A stretch of DNA of 64,000 bases from Amoebidium appalachense (GCA_963693365.1 CAVNZM010000004.1:4900564-4964563), one strand, 5' to 3'; positions 1-17,850 are shown, counted from the first letter of the stretch. Numbers and translations: made by a program. Notes: a model not told the origin generated them from the sequence alone.

Positions 1-333
1 TGTCTTCCCACTGTCTATTCATTCCTCTTCAGTTCCTCCCATCCCCCCCCCCCCCCCCCCTCCCCCCCCCCCAAAAAAAAAAAAGAGGTTGTGCAAAGGT
101 CACATCGCAAGTAGCGCAAGTCTTGCAAGGTACAGAGAATTGCAGAAGATGTTGTGTTTGTTGCTGTTTCCATAACCCCCCCCTCCCCCCCCCCCCCCCC
201 CCCCCCCTCTGTTTCCACCCCCCACCCCCCCCCCTCCCCCCCCCCCTCCCCCCCCCCCCCCCCCGTCCCCCATTGCTTGACCACTGCACCACCACCACCA
301 CCAGAAACAGTTCATTAACATATTAATACACAG

Positions 334-3616
<3,283 letters not shown>

Positions 3617-4086
3617 CATGCCGCGTGTATAGGTTGTGAGGGAACAAATGTGATATAACACCTCTGTGACATAACACCTCTTAAGGACATGTCAAATATA
3701 TATTCCATTACAGATAGGGCTCGGGCCGTGTTCTAGCGGTAGAAACCTTGAATGTGTGAGCATTTATCAACCTATGCCGGGTGCATGTGGTAGTTGGCCT
3801 GTATTTGGATTTGGGAGCATGGTTTGGTGGAGATGGGAGCTGGTTTCTGTGAGCGGTTTTCCTCTCCGAGTGGCAATCTATCTGTGGATAGATTGACGCG
3901 TGCACCATATGATACACACAGCCCATTGAATAAAGCAGTGATTACGGTATTCATACTGTGTTTTTATGAGTTGGGCCACATAAAGATGTTTGTTTGCGTG
4001 CATGTGCATGTGTGTGTGTGCGTGTGTGCGTGCAAGTGTGCCGTGGTGTGTGCACGTACGTGCCGTGCATGTGTAAAAACACCGTT

Positions 4087-4218
<132 letters not shown>

Positions 4219-4439
4219 CGCGCGCGCGCGCGCGCCTGTGTGTGTGTGCGCGCCTCATGAGGCGTTAATCTCAGACCGCTGACTGACTGATAAATTTGGT
4301 GTGTGCCTGAAATTGTTTTTGTGACCTGAAATTTGTGTTGTTGTGTGCCTGAAATCTGTCTGTGCCTGGATCCTGTAATATGGATATTCACGTATACAAT
4401 CTTTCCTGATCAATCATTCCTGATCTGATATCATGGTGT

Positions 4440-5250
4440 TCTATCAATCGCGACACAACGTAATATCGCGACACAACGTAATATAATTGAGGTATATCAC
4501 ACTGCAATTATTCACTGCAATATCGCGACACAACGCGACACAACCTAATTGAGGTATATCACACTGCAATTATTCACTGCAATATCGCGACACAACGTAA
4601 TATATATATTGAGGTATGTCACACTGCAATTATGTGTGATTTTCACTGCAATTATGTGTGATTTTCAACAGTAACAAACATAACATAACAAACATAACTG
4701 AGTTGGGTATGTCACACTGCAATTATTCACTGCAATTATGTGTGATTTTCAACAGTAACATGCAATTATGTGTGATTTTCAACAGTAACAAACATAACAT
4801 AATTGAGTTGTTCAATTATTCACTGCAATTATGTGTGATTTTCAACAGTAACAAACTGTTGCTGTTGCATTCACATTACAAACGCATTACAAACGGTTGT
4901 ACGTTGTGATTTTATTAACAAACTAGCGAGCGCTGTTACGGTAACAAACTAGCGCTGTTGCATTCACCTTACAAACGGTTGTAACAACCGTTGTGATTTT
5001 ATTAACAAACTAGCGCTGTTACATTTACTTGCAAACGGTTGTAATTGTTGAACATGCATGAAAGAAATATTTATTTATGAATTGGATACCTATACGTGCA
5101 TGAAAAAGTTTAAACATATAAATGGATAAACTGCAGACGCTTCTACAATTTTTAAATTGACCACAACTTTAAATTGACCACAACGGCAAACGGTACTAGT
5201 TTTTTAAATTCAACTGCAAACGATACTAGTTTTTTAAATTCAATTGAGTT
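4440..5250. repeat. AT-rich mosaic of nested short tandem duplications
   Basis: Repeated units: ATCGCGACACAAC (5x), TGCAATTATGTGTGATTTTC (~5x), TTGTGATTTTATTAACAAACTAGCG (2x), TTTAAATTGACCACAAC (2x), TACTAGTTTTTTAAATTCAA (2x). Confidence 0.85.
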
Positions 5251-5384
5251 TTATTGACGATCACTGATATTTTACTAATATGTACATATCAGTGATAGTG
5301 ATGAAAATGAAATTTCAACCGCGTGCATGACTGCTAATGGCCTAGGAACCTGAGCGAGTAATTTTCATTTTTTTTTCTTTTTTT

Positions 5385-5639
5385 CTTTTTTAGGGTTGTG
5401 TTTGTGAGTGTGGGGGGGAGGGGGGGGGGGGGGGGGGGGGGGGCAGTGAGCGAATGAATTCGGTGTGTGTGTTCGTGCACGTGGGTGTGGGTATGTACGT
5501 TGCGATCCGAATTCGGTGTGTGTGTTCGTGCACGTGGGTGTGGGTATGTACGTTGCGATCCGGACTCTGCTACCTTCCAAGCGAATGAATTTTTTTTTTC
5601 TTTTTTCTTTTTTAGGGTTGTGTTTGTGTGTGTGGGGGG

Positions 5640-5690
<51 letters not shown>

Positions 5691-5722
5691 AGCGAATGAA
5701 TTCGGTGTGTGTGTTCGTGCAC

Positions 5723-5753
<31 letters not shown>

Positions 5754-5875
5754 AGCGAATGAATTCGGTGTGTGTGTTCGTGCACGTGGGTGTGGGTATG
5801 TACGTTGCGATCCGGACTCTGCTACCTTCCGCGGGGGGGGGGGGGGGGGGGGGGGTGACTCTGCTACCTTCCGCG
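5385..5875. repeat. Degenerate tandem repeat punctuated by G-tracts
   Basis: GCAGTGAGCGAATGAATTCGGTGTGTGTGTTCGTGCACG (3x), GTGGGTGTGGGTATGTACGTTGCGATCCG (3x) and GACTCTGCTACCTTCC (3x). Confidence 0.85.
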
Positions 5876-6249
5876 GGGGGGGGGGGGGGGGGGGGGGCGG
5901 GGAGGGGGATAACTTGGCACAAAGATAACTTTGCATATGTACCGTTGCACGTTGCTCGGTTCTTGTTTATTTCTACTCATGCTGATGCATGTACATTGTA
6001 AACATCCCTCACTCACAGAGTGATCTCGTAGATCGTAGATGTCGCATAGGAGGTGTCAGCAGATTCATGGTCCCGTGTTACAGGGGGGAGACGGGGGGGG
6101 GGGGGGGGGAGGGGGGGGGGTGTTAGACTGTGAGAGAAGTAGGGAGGCAGGGAGGTAGGGTGCTGAACATTATAACTTGAAAACGCTTTTTTTCCAAGCA
6201 GGGATCAGGTCCTTTGCCAGGGGCGGGGGAGGGGGGGGGGGGGGGAACA

Positions 6250-7790
<1,541 letters not shown>

Positions 7791-8119
7791 CCGAATGTCG
7801 TGTGTTTGTGTGTGGGCGAGGGGCGGATGAGTGCTTGTAGCGTGTGTGTATGTTCGAAGCACCGCCGGCCGAAGCACCCACCTAGCTCCCGGCCGGCGAA
7901 ACCCCCCCCAGCTCCCACGAGTGCCGACACGCACAGAGGGGGGAAAACAGTGAGGCTAACGCGCCCGTCTGTGGGGAACGGGGGCCGGCAACTCGACCCT
8001 CCTCCGGCCTGGGTGTGGGGGGAGGGTGGGGAGGGCACGCGGGGGTTGGCGAAGGGTCACGCGCGGGCGCCCAACGCGCCTTGCCGGCGTGCCCCCCCGC
8101 CCCCAACCCCGTCTACCCA

Positions 8120-8159
<40 letters not shown>

Positions 8160-8496
8160 CACGAGTGCGGCTACCTGGTAGTCTGTGGCCGCCAGGCGGG
8201 CCGTGGATTTCCGAGCCCTGGGTACCCTGGTCCGGCGGACCGGGCCAATCGCGGACGCCGGGCCCGCCGCCCGCCGTCCGTATACTGTATAGTAGCCTTC
8301 TATTAGTTTCACAGTGTTTGTAGGAGCTTAGGAGTTCCCCGCTAGCTACTGAGCTACCGTAGGCTTTCTTGGGGCGTGGAGAACCGCCGTGGTACGTGAC
8401 CATCGTTCGAATTCCGCATTGCTCAGCCACGAGCCAATCGTTCACAGTGTAACTCCGGGGTGAGCCATTGGGTGCCCCACTGCCCCCTAATGAGGT

Positions 8497-9866
8497 CTCG
8501 AAAAAACAGTATGGGGCATTCTGGTTCAGAAGGACTTTTTCTTTGCAGAAGGTTTATTGTCAATAATTAATTTCTTTTTATGCTTATTGCTTTTGAAATA
8601 TCCACTGGTAATTGAAAGTAACATTAGCATTTAATTAGCACATTAATGATTACGCATCAGTTGTTTACGGGCAAAAATGTGGGAAAAAACACAATGGACC
8701 TCGATGATTAGACTGTTTTGCATCGCCCAATCGAAATCTAGATTCGTAAAAAAATTTACCCGCCGAGGAATGCCCTTCGGAATGTACTGCTTACGCACGC
8801 GCATCGATAGACCGCCACGGTGATCCACCAATATTTAGTCTTTAGTCACTGGGAATCGATTGTTTCTTTTGCTAAATTTGTTCTAACTTGAACGAAGATG
8901 CATAATGGAAAATGTACATAGCAATTTATTACACGAGTTACGGCGTTGGCTGTTACATTGGCGCCGACGCCGCCGAACCTGATGGCATGTACCTGAACGC
9001 ATTAGATCCTACTGAACCTGATTGGTTCCCAAAGTTTGCTCGCGGCTGGTCACTCTGAGTGCTGTCTCCCTGCGGCCTATAACATACCTTGTAAGTTGCC
9101 GCAGGCGGCAGTCGGCTAGACAAAGTTTGATCGCGTTTAATCGGATCTGAATTTACGAGCGGTGATTGGTTCAAAATGACGTAAAACCCAACCCACTAGT
9201 AAAAATAAGACATGATCTGCCTTCCTAGGCTTTTTAATTTCATGTGATTTAAAGTTTTTTAAAAATGTTTGAGCGTTTCGATTGGTATTACATATCAACC
9301 AATCTGATTGGTCATTACAGCCATAAGGACCCAGCCGGAGACGTCCCGCTGCGTCATAGGCCGCCCGGCCACTTATGTAAGCCACCGGGTACAAAGCCTT
9401 TGAGACTAGCTCGCGGCGGCTCGCTGCCAGAATTCCGGGAATGTTGTCAAATGTCCCGACTTATAAAGACTTAATAATAAAGTAGTATATTAATGGCGCA
9501 GAAGCAAAAGTTTCGTCAATATAAATTTTAATAACAAGTTAAAAGCCTTTCACTGAGTTTTGGAGCTGATAAAGCCGAAATTTGTTTAGTCTAAAGGCAG
9601 TGATGAAGCGGTATTGCAAAATGCGGCACTCAAAAGTGATAGATATTGGGGGGTCAAAACTCAACAGTTCAATGCTCTATAAAGTATAGGGGGATAGACA
9701 ACGGTCAAACGTGGTGGGTATAAAACTGGAAATCGTCAGATTTCCGGGTGTGGTTTTGCAAAGTTAGCCGCATGCACAAGCACTTCCCAAGAGTTTGCCA
9801 CAGCACATTACACGTTTGAAACGAATCGTTGATCACAGAAAGAAAAATAAAGTTCAGCGCTGCAAG
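8497..9866 (+). other. Upstream non-coding block homologous (inverted) to 41213-42115
   Basis: Colinear conserved islands: CGCATCAGTTGTTTACGGGCAAA (~8653) vs reverse complement of ~41985-42008; TAAAGGCAGTGATGAAGC (~9592) vs ~41437-41454; ATGCTCTATAAAGTATAGGGGG (~9672) vs ~41349-41370. Confidence 0.7.
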
Positions 9867-11600
9867 ATGAACCGTGAGAATATGTCAGGGCTACATATCC
9901 CTGCTGCACAAGCGCAGGCTTGGTTTTCGGCCCGTTATTTGTTCTTTAAGCACATCCACCGAAATGTCCTTCTTGCAGTCTTGTCAACTTTTCTTTCGGG
10001 CATCGCCGTTAGCATGACAGCCAACACCATACAGCCCCCATTGATCGGTGCACTCACAAATTCAGCGCAATACATTGGCTACGTTTCATTAGCACAGGGT
10101 GTGGCACGTTTTCTGGTGTCTTTTCCTTCTGGATACCTGGCTGACCGGTTTGGCCGTGCCATTGTCCTCCGATTCTCTTGCCTCATCGGTGTCTTCGGCG
10201 CCACGCTGCAGGTGGCAGCACTCTTTCAGCCATTCGGTGCAACAGCATGGAAAGAAACATACGCCATCCTCGCTGTCGGAATATGCATGCAGGAGGCCTA
10301 TGTTGGTGCCTCGCAGCCGCCCCTGGTTGCCCTGTACACAGACTCCATCGCAAAAGGCGAACGCTCACCTTACGAGGCTGCGAGGCAAACCGCAAACCTG
10401 CTGGCAGGGACTATGGGGCCTTTGCTCAACATTATCCTTTTTACCTGTATGGGAAACACATGGTCCGTTCCCCACATGTGTCAAGCTTACTTTGTTGGCA
10501 TGTGTGTGTTCTTGTGCTCCATGATGCCTCTGCCCTTTTTCAGAGACGTGCTCCAGGTTTTATGTCGCTCTGAGAAGACGGCTACGGCTAAACCAGAGCC
10601 TGAGTCTCGCGAAATCGAAAGCAGCTACCCAGCGGGAAATTCGGGAAAAAAGGAAGCCGCCAGCACTACTCCCAACACTGCAAACTTGAGCATTTGTAAG
10701 CTTCCGATTCCGGGCGGTCCTGCCGCTGTCATTGCCAACGAACCCGCTCTGCAAAGTGCACTAAGCCCCCGTACCCGAAACGTCGTCCCAGAATCTACTA
10801 CAGTGCTACACCTTCCACCCGATAGTCTTTTTGGTGATGACGCTAAGAATCAAAAGGTTGTGCAAGCATCACACACAACCACTGTGGCTCTTGCATCGGC
10901 GGGCGACTTCGAGCACGAAAAAACGCGTAGCGGTTTGACATTTCGTTTTCCAAGCGTTTCTTCAAAGTACATCCCGCACATGCTCATACTCGCAGACTTC
11001 TTCGACCTGTCCGGGGCGGGTATCGCCAGTAAGTACGATGGTATCTTTATGGCGATGGAGCTTAAAATGTCGCCGATAATTCAGAACGTCGAGTTTCTTC
11101 TCCAAACTCTGTTTTGTGCTGTTGCAGTTGTTTTCGGGAGCTTTATCACCAGGTACATCAGTCGCGTGCAAGCCACTTTGTTGTATAGAGTTAGCAGCAT
11201 TGTGGCCATAATGGCCATGGGCTCCACATCTACCTCATATTGGACTAGCAATCCCTACTTCTTCTGCGTGCTTCAGTTGGTGCGGATAGGTGGCCGGGTG
11301 GGGACCTACCCTTTTATTAACTCACTACTTATGGACCATGCACCATCCGACCAGATTGCCAAGTGGTTCGGCGTTCAGAACATGCTGTTTCTCTTTGGCT
11401 ACGGCGCAAACTTTGTCGGAAGTGTTGTTCTCGTCTCGTTGGGTTTTGAGGATCTTTTTCTCCTGACGGGGGCTGTTCGCATTTTGGGGCTGTTCCCTCT
11501 GTTAGCTATAGTTTTTGTAGCAAAAGAAGATGCCTTCAATAATGTGAGCGATGGAGGCGCAGAAACAAGGCCACAGCTACCGGAATCGGAATTTCAATGA
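9867..11600 (+). CDS. Major facilitator superfamily transporter (intronless, ~577 aa)
   Basis: First ATG is at 9867 within the 601-aa ORF. MFS motif A 'GYLADRFGRAIVL'; about 12 hydrophobic segments in two halves separated by a long hydrophilic loop. Confidence 0.9.
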   Translation: MNRENMSGLHIPAAQAQAWFSARYLFFKHIHRNVLLAVLSTFLSGIAVSMTANTIQPPLIGALTNSAQYIGYVSLAQGVARFLVSFPSGYLADRFGRAIVLRFSCLIGVFGATLQVAALFQPFGATAWKETYAILAVGICMQEAYVGASQPPLVALYTDSIAKGERSPYEAARQTANLLAGTMGPLLNIILFTCMGNTWSVPHMCQAYFVGMCVFLCSMMPLPFFRDVLQVLCRSEKTATAKPEPESREIESSYPAGNSGKKEAASTTPNTANLSICKLPIPGGPAAVIANEPALQSALSPRTRNVVPESTTVLHLPPDSLFGDDAKNQKVVQASHTTTVALASAGDFEHEKTRSGLTFRFPSVSSKYIPHMLILADFFDLSGAGIASKYDGIFMAMELKMSPIIQNVEFLLQTLFCAVAVVFGSFITRYISRVQATLLYRVSSIVAIMAMGSTSTSYWTSNPYFFCVLQLVRIGGRVGTYPFINSLLMDHAPSDQIAKWFGVQNMLFLFGYGANFVGSVVLVSLGFEDLFLLTGAVRILGLFPLLAIVFVAKEDAFNNVSDGGAETRPQLPESEFQ

Positions 11601-12020
11601 TAAAACGCATAACGTGCCCTCCCTCTCAACTGATAATGTAACTATTATATATATATATTTATATAGGTGTTGCAGTAGTTCTAAACTTTCGAATAGCGAG
11701 AGAGTGTGTAAATTATTACTGTTACTGCCACAAGAAGCCTTAAGTGTGACTGTGATATATTGAGTAAATTAAATGCAACACTTTGCTGTTCTGGCATTGG
11801 GCACAAACATCTGATGCTACTGTCTTGTTTAAATGACCCTATGTATTGTTAATGTTGGCCTCCGTAGACATATATAAATTAGTAGTCCGAAGCAGAGTCC
11901 AAATTGCAAATTGAAGACTTATATGAAGACTTTATACGTCTAATAAAACCCGCAGCTTGCAAAAAGTTACGTTTGCACGGTATATACGAATGACTGCGTG
12001 TACCATGCCATAATTCGCCA

Positions 12021-12114
12021 CAGAGGGCGACTTCAACTAGAAAAATATCTGCCTTTTGTATTTCCCCAAAAATAGGATAATAGACCCTACCAACCCTTGT
12101 GGATTTTTAAGGAC

Positions 12115-12157
<43 letters not shown>

Positions 12158-12282
12158 ACCACCATCCCTCCCCCATCCCCCCCCCCCTCCCCCCTCCTCC
12201 CCCTGAAGGGGAAATTTAAGAACAATAGGCTATGGACCCCGGAAATTTATGATAATCGAACCCTAATGTCAGTCACCCCCTG
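12021..12282. mobile_element. Degenerate short MITE related to the element at 35031-36978
   Basis: The right end CTAATGTCAGTCACCCCCTG matches the TIR family ATCTTAATTTCAGTCACCCCCTG. The left end CAGAGGGCGACT is a degenerate CAGGGGGTGACT. Confidence 0.45.
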
Positions 12283-12810
12283 TTCAGGTTCGGTTCAGGA
12301 AGAAGACTGCGTGCATGCTTGCCTCAGCTGGCTAGAATCTGAATACTGCAACCCCTAGCACAAACTTAGATCGACACCCCAAATACCTGCGCCCCCCCTC
12401 CCCCCCCCCCCCCTCCCCCCCTCCCCCCGCCCCCCCCTCTCCTTCCCCAAACCCTACCCCACCCCCAGATCTCCCCCCTCCTTCCCCCCCCCCTCCCCCC
12501 CTCTCTCCCCTCCCCCCTCCCCCTCCCCTCCCCCTCCCCCTCCCCCCCCTCCCCCCCCCCCCCCTCTCCCCCCTCCCCTCTCGCCCCGTCCGGGAGGTGA
12601 GTTCCATACGGTCACTCATTCGGCACCGATTAGGTGGTGTACATGTTTCTTGTCAGCGTTTGCACACATTGAACTCTTCAAGCATCATCACTACGCCGGG
12701 CCCTTGGGTCCAGGCTAAAAATATACTGAAATACTCCTAAGTACCCAAAAGGATCAGTGACTGGCATGCACGTGCATGCTACCCCGCACGCCCCTGTGTA
12801 AACTATCTGT

Positions 12811-12867
<57 letters not shown>

Positions 12868-12879
12868 TTCTGTGTGCGA

Positions 12880-13380
12880 GTGTGTGCATGTGTGTGTATC
12901 AGATTCCTTCCGATTATCTCTGTCTCTCTCTCCCCTTGCCTTTCTCTCTCTGACTGTCTGTCTGTTTCTCTCTCTACCTCTCTCTCTTCCCCTGAGAGTG
13001 TATTTGTGTACATGTGTGCGCGTGCGTGTGCGCAGCGGGTGCGTGCGTGTGTGTGTGGGACCGCGTGCGCGCGCTCATGCGTGCGTTTGTGCGTGCCTGT
13101 GTGTGCATGTGTATATCAGATTCCTCTCTCTCCCCTCCCCCCTTTCTCTCTGCCTGTCTGTCTGTCTCTCTGTCTTCTTCTGTCTCTTCTTCTGTGTGTG
13201 TATGTGTGTTTGTGAGTGCGAGTGTGTGTGTGCGCGCGCGCACGCGTTTGTGCGCGCATGCGTGTGCATGTGTGTGTGTCGTATTCCTTCCGAATCTCTC
13301 TGTTTCTCTCTCTCGAGCTCCCCCCTTCATTCTCTCTGTCTGTCTGTCTGTCTTTCTCTCTCTCTTCCTCTCTCTCTTCC

Positions 13381-13456
<76 letters not shown>

Positions 13457-13550
13457 CGCCCGTGCACACAAGTGTTTGTGCGTGTGTGCGTGCGCATGTG
13501 TGACCTTTCGAATCTCTCTCTCTTTCTCCCCCTCCCCCCTCCCTCTCTGT

Positions 13551-13593
<43 letters not shown>

Positions 13594-13625
13594 CTCAAGC
13601 TTCCCCCCCCCTCCCCCTCCCCCTC

Positions 13626-13682
<57 letters not shown>

Positions 13683-13790
13683 GCGCACGCGCGTGTGTGT
13701 GTGCGCGCGCGGGCCCGCGCGCTTGTGCGTGTGTGTGTGTGCATGTGTGTGTATCGGTTTCCTTCCGAAGCTCTCTCTGTACATCTCCCC
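12880..13790. repeat. Degenerate ~200-bp tandem repeat built from microsatellites
   Basis: A TGCATGTGTGTGTATC..TTCCTTCCGA..TCTCTCTG-like anchor recurs at ~12886, 13104, 13265, 13495 and 13741, each followed by (CT)n then (GT)n. Confidence 0.6.
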
Positions 13791-13847
13791 CCCCCCCCCC
13801 CCCCCCCCCCCCCCTTCTCTCTCTCTCTGAGGTCCTAACCACATCCC

Positions 13848-14156
13848 CAGAGTCAAGTTGCAAAAAGGATGATTTCTTCTGCACAAAGCGAGATTATTCT
13901 GCAAAAAGCAGAAGTTATTCTGCAAACGTAGAACTATTCTGCAAAAACAGAATTATTTCGCAAAAGGCAGAATTGTTCCGCTTTCGACAGCAGAAAAAAC
14001 TTGCTCAGAGTTAATATGCTTTTAGCAGAAGAACTCCACTTTTGCTGAATAAGTCTGCTTTTGTTGAATATTTCTGCTTTTAGCAGAATATTTCTGCTAT
14101 TTGCAGAATGATTCTGCTTTTTGCAGAATGATTTCGCTCCAAGCAAGTTGACTCAG
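13848..14156. mobile_element. Foldback/MITE-like element with inverted internal arrays
   Basis: Terminal inverted repeat CAGAGTCAAGTTGC / GCAAGTTGACTCAG (12/14 match). The left half has ATTCTGCAAAA(A)GCAGAA-like units; the right half has the reverse-complement TTCTGCTTTT(T/A)GCAGAAT units. Confidence 0.55.
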
Positions 14157-14471
14157 CCGATCTGGTTGAGCCCTTCTCTGTTTTGTCTGTCTGTCTGTCT
14201 GTCTCTCCTCTTCCTCTCTCACTCCTCCCTGTGTGTGTCTGTGCGCGCGCGCGTGTGTGTGTATGTGTGTGTGTGTGTGGATGGGTGGGTGTCGGTGTGT
14301 GTGTGTCTGCGTGTTCGTGCGTGTCTGGGTTCTTTCGAAGCTCTGGAGCTCTCCCTCCCTTCCTCCCTTACCCCCCCTTCCCCCCCCCCTTCCTATGCCC
14401 TTTCTCTCGCTGCGTGCACACGCGCGTGTGTGTGGCTTGCACCCCCCATTTCTTTAAATATATGCATACCC

Positions 14472-14515
<44 letters not shown>

Positions 14516-14927
14516 ACTAACAGCAAGTTCTCCACAGTGCTACCCCCACACTATGACAGCGCATTCACCCTGCCCATCTCCCCCCCCCCCCCCCCCCCCC
14601 TTCCCCGCGCCTTCTCCCTCAACCTACCCCCCCCCCCTCCGCCTCCCCCCCAGGCCCCTCCCTTGGCTAAAACAGCAACATTTCCACCATGGTCCCAACT
14701 TCAGCGCCCCTTGAGTTCCTCCCCCTTCCTCCCCCCCCCCCCCCCCCTCCCCCACACCACCCCCCTCCCCCCCTCCCCCCGCCCCTCCCCCCCCCCCCCC
14801 CCCCCCCCCCCCTCCCCCTCCCCCCTCCCCCCGCCCAGCCGGGCACGTCGACACCCACCCCACCTGCCCCTCTCCACCCCATCCCCCTCAGTTGTCCTAC
14901 CTACTCTACCCATCCACATAACCCCCT

Positions 14928-14958
<31 letters not shown>

Positions 14959-15561
14959 CCCCTCCCCCCCCCCAACCTCCCTCTTCGGGGCCCCCGGGCA
15001 ATTAATTCCTGGTGGCAATGGGTTCGAATCCCAAGAGTGGTACAATCTGTGTATCTTCCTAAAAATACACCTCTTGTCGAGTCCTGGCAATATTCACTAC
15101 ACATCTACTCACGAGTTCACATATGATGATGCACAGGGGAACTTCAAGAGGACCCCGGGAGGGGGGGGATGGGCGGTAGAGGAGGGGGGGGGGGGGGGGA
15201 TGAGGAGGTTGGATAAGGGACACATGTTGCAGCACAACAGCAATATTACCCGACAGCTGCTTGAAGGGTTAAGTTAAGACACTCTTCAACGGTTAACACT
15301 GTCAATTCTAGCCCTTGAATTTCGAATCCGGTCACCGGCCTGCCACAGATTTAATTGAACACAGCCGTGTGGGGCCCATTGCCGTTGGGGAATGGGGTAC
15401 TTGACGGGAGAGGTGGGGATGGAGGGGGGGGGGGGGGGGGGGGGAGAGGAGGAAGGGAAGGGGAGGGGGTGAGGGGGAGGGGGGGCGGGGGGGAGGGGGG
15501 GGGGGGGGGAAGGGGAAGAGGAAGGCCCGGGGGAGGTGGAGGGGAAGGGGGGGGGGTGGGA

Positions 15562-15601
<40 letters not shown>

Positions 15602-16259
15602 GAAAATAACAAACCGGACTTAGGCCAATTGCACCTATGATATGTGTAAACCGGCGGGGCTGGGGTCTCCAGGCAAAGAAATTTTTCTATGCGCTACGGA
15701 TCGACAGTCTTGAGTTACCCGGTGTGTGTTTTGTGCCCGGATCTGTGCACAGTATCCTTTGTCGCAGGCATAAGTACGCCCTTAAATTCAGTACTAAGAC
15801 ATGTACTAAGGCATTGTACTTCTATGAAAAGCATTTCTATTTCCGAAGTGACAAAACGAAAACACGTGTTCTTTTTTTAGATGGTAAGGCACCTTGCCAT
15901 ATGATTTCCAAAGCCGAATGACCAGAGAACAGCCAAGTTTAGTTAAGCAACATTTTAATATTATTCATTTGCATAAAATGGGATTTTCGTGTTTCGTTTT
16001 TAAAGAAACAATAAATAACCAAGCAACTATGCAAATTATTCAACACCTAGATCACACACATCGTACATTGCTTCATGTCTTTCTTATTTTGTCTGTCTAT
16101 GTTTCAGACTGCTACAAGCGACAAGAGACTAATTCTAGCAACTAATCGAGCGTGCACATACACGTGTGTATGTACACGCGTGTGTTTGTGTGTGTGTGTG
16201 TGCGTGCGCGCGCACGTGCGTGTGTGTGCATGTATGTGCGTGTGTGATCATGCGGCGTG

Positions 16260-16338
<79 letters not shown>

Positions 16339-16865
16339 TGTGTGTGTGTGCACGAGCACGCCCTGAGTAACCAAAACACACAGTTAAGTCCACAAGAGGC
16401 GCGCACGAGTCTTCATGCCCGTCTAAACATAACCAACATAACGTCTATACACAGGAAACCCATTCACCTTAACCCGCTTACAGGAATAAAGGCGCACAAT
16501 GCCATAACAAACCTTCTGACTTCATCACTAGATACGGAACCCCCCGTCTACACACCGTAAAAAGTATGAGCAACAAATACCATTGGTAACATATAGAACA
16601 CCCACAAATATAACCTTTAAACTTATCATCAAAAAGACGACCACCGTATCAACAATACAATTAAAACGTAGTATTCTCGCTCCCCACTCCGTTACACTAA
16701 CCCATAAACGCACCCACATCTCCATCTCAACACATAGGGTTCAGCCAGCTACCTTATCCCCTGAAGACAACCACTTTTTTTTAACACCAACAAATCTGCC
16801 AATCACTTTATCCTCCAAATAAACCACCCCTTTTAGATTTTTTTAACACAGACAAACCCGCCCAA

Positions 16866-17593
16866 TCAGTGCTTGCCGTTAAGCACAGCAGCCACGCCCA
16901 TTGGCTTACTCTGGCTCCAAGCATCCAAATACTTCTCCACATCTTCCATTTCCTTCGCCCTCCTCTTAGCGTCCCATTTCAATTCCGTCCCCATCAGTTC
17001 AATCACCCTCCCGGCCGCCTCCCGGGCCGCATCGTGATCCAAAAACGCCAAACGGGTACGTCTTGCAAGATAATCGGTAGCCGTGGCCGCATACTCATTG
17101 CGAACTGCGTAAATCACTTCACCCTCGATCATGCCGTAATTCTGGGCCAGACGATTAGTCAGATTGTGCGATTTCGACAATTCGGCAACGGTCGTCGCCT
17201 GATCGCCGTAGCTCTGGTTAAGGTGGAAGGCGACGTCGTGAGGAAGGCCAAATTTGGAAACAAGGACCTGATCGTGATCGCGATTGTATTCCCTTCCACC
17301 AATCAGAACGACCGTTTCAGTGCCGCACGCCGCCGTAGGGTTAAGGGACGCCACCTTAACGGCGGTGTTAACCACATCCTCTGCCATGCGGCGGTATGTC
17401 GTCCATTTTCCACCGACAATTGTCATCAAACCGGAATTTGAGGTGTAAATTCCGTGTTCACGGGAGACTTTAGCGGTGTCGTTGCTATCTTCACTCCTCT
17501 TAAGGGGGCGGATGCCTGACCAGGCGGCCTTAACGTCCTTTGTGCTGACGGGGGCGTTGAAGTACTTGTTCAGGTGCTTGATGATGTACTCGA

Positions 17594-17646
<53 letters not shown>

Positions 17647-17810
17647 GCGCGTACATCTGTGTGTGTTTGGGGGGAGGGGGTGGGGGGTGGGAGGAGGGAG
17701 GGGAGGGATGGGGGGAGGGGGGTGGGGGTTAGTTAAGGTTCAGTGGAAGGAAGATGATAAGGTGAGTCATGAGTACGCATGGCCGGTTGGTAACTGTGGT
17801 GGGTGGGTGC

Positions 17811-17850
<40 letters not shown>

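Noticed and set aside
5563-5872. CTCTGCTACC (10-nt match to the tRNA-iMet 3' end) repeated three times
   Set aside because: Lacks the terminal TGG of a PBS on the minus strand, and no adjacent LTR pair is seen.
4440-5875. CRISPR-like appearance of the short repeats
   Set aside because: No regular repeat-unique spacer periodicity, no cas genes, and a eukaryotic context.
15019-15033. tRNA T-arm / B-box-like TGGGTTCGAATCCCA
   Set aside because: No A-box, acceptor stem or anticodon arm around it, so it cannot be called a tRNA or SINE.
15262-15272. piggyBac-like end AGGG-TTAA
   Set aside because: No matching TTAA-CCCT left end with an inverted repeat was found.
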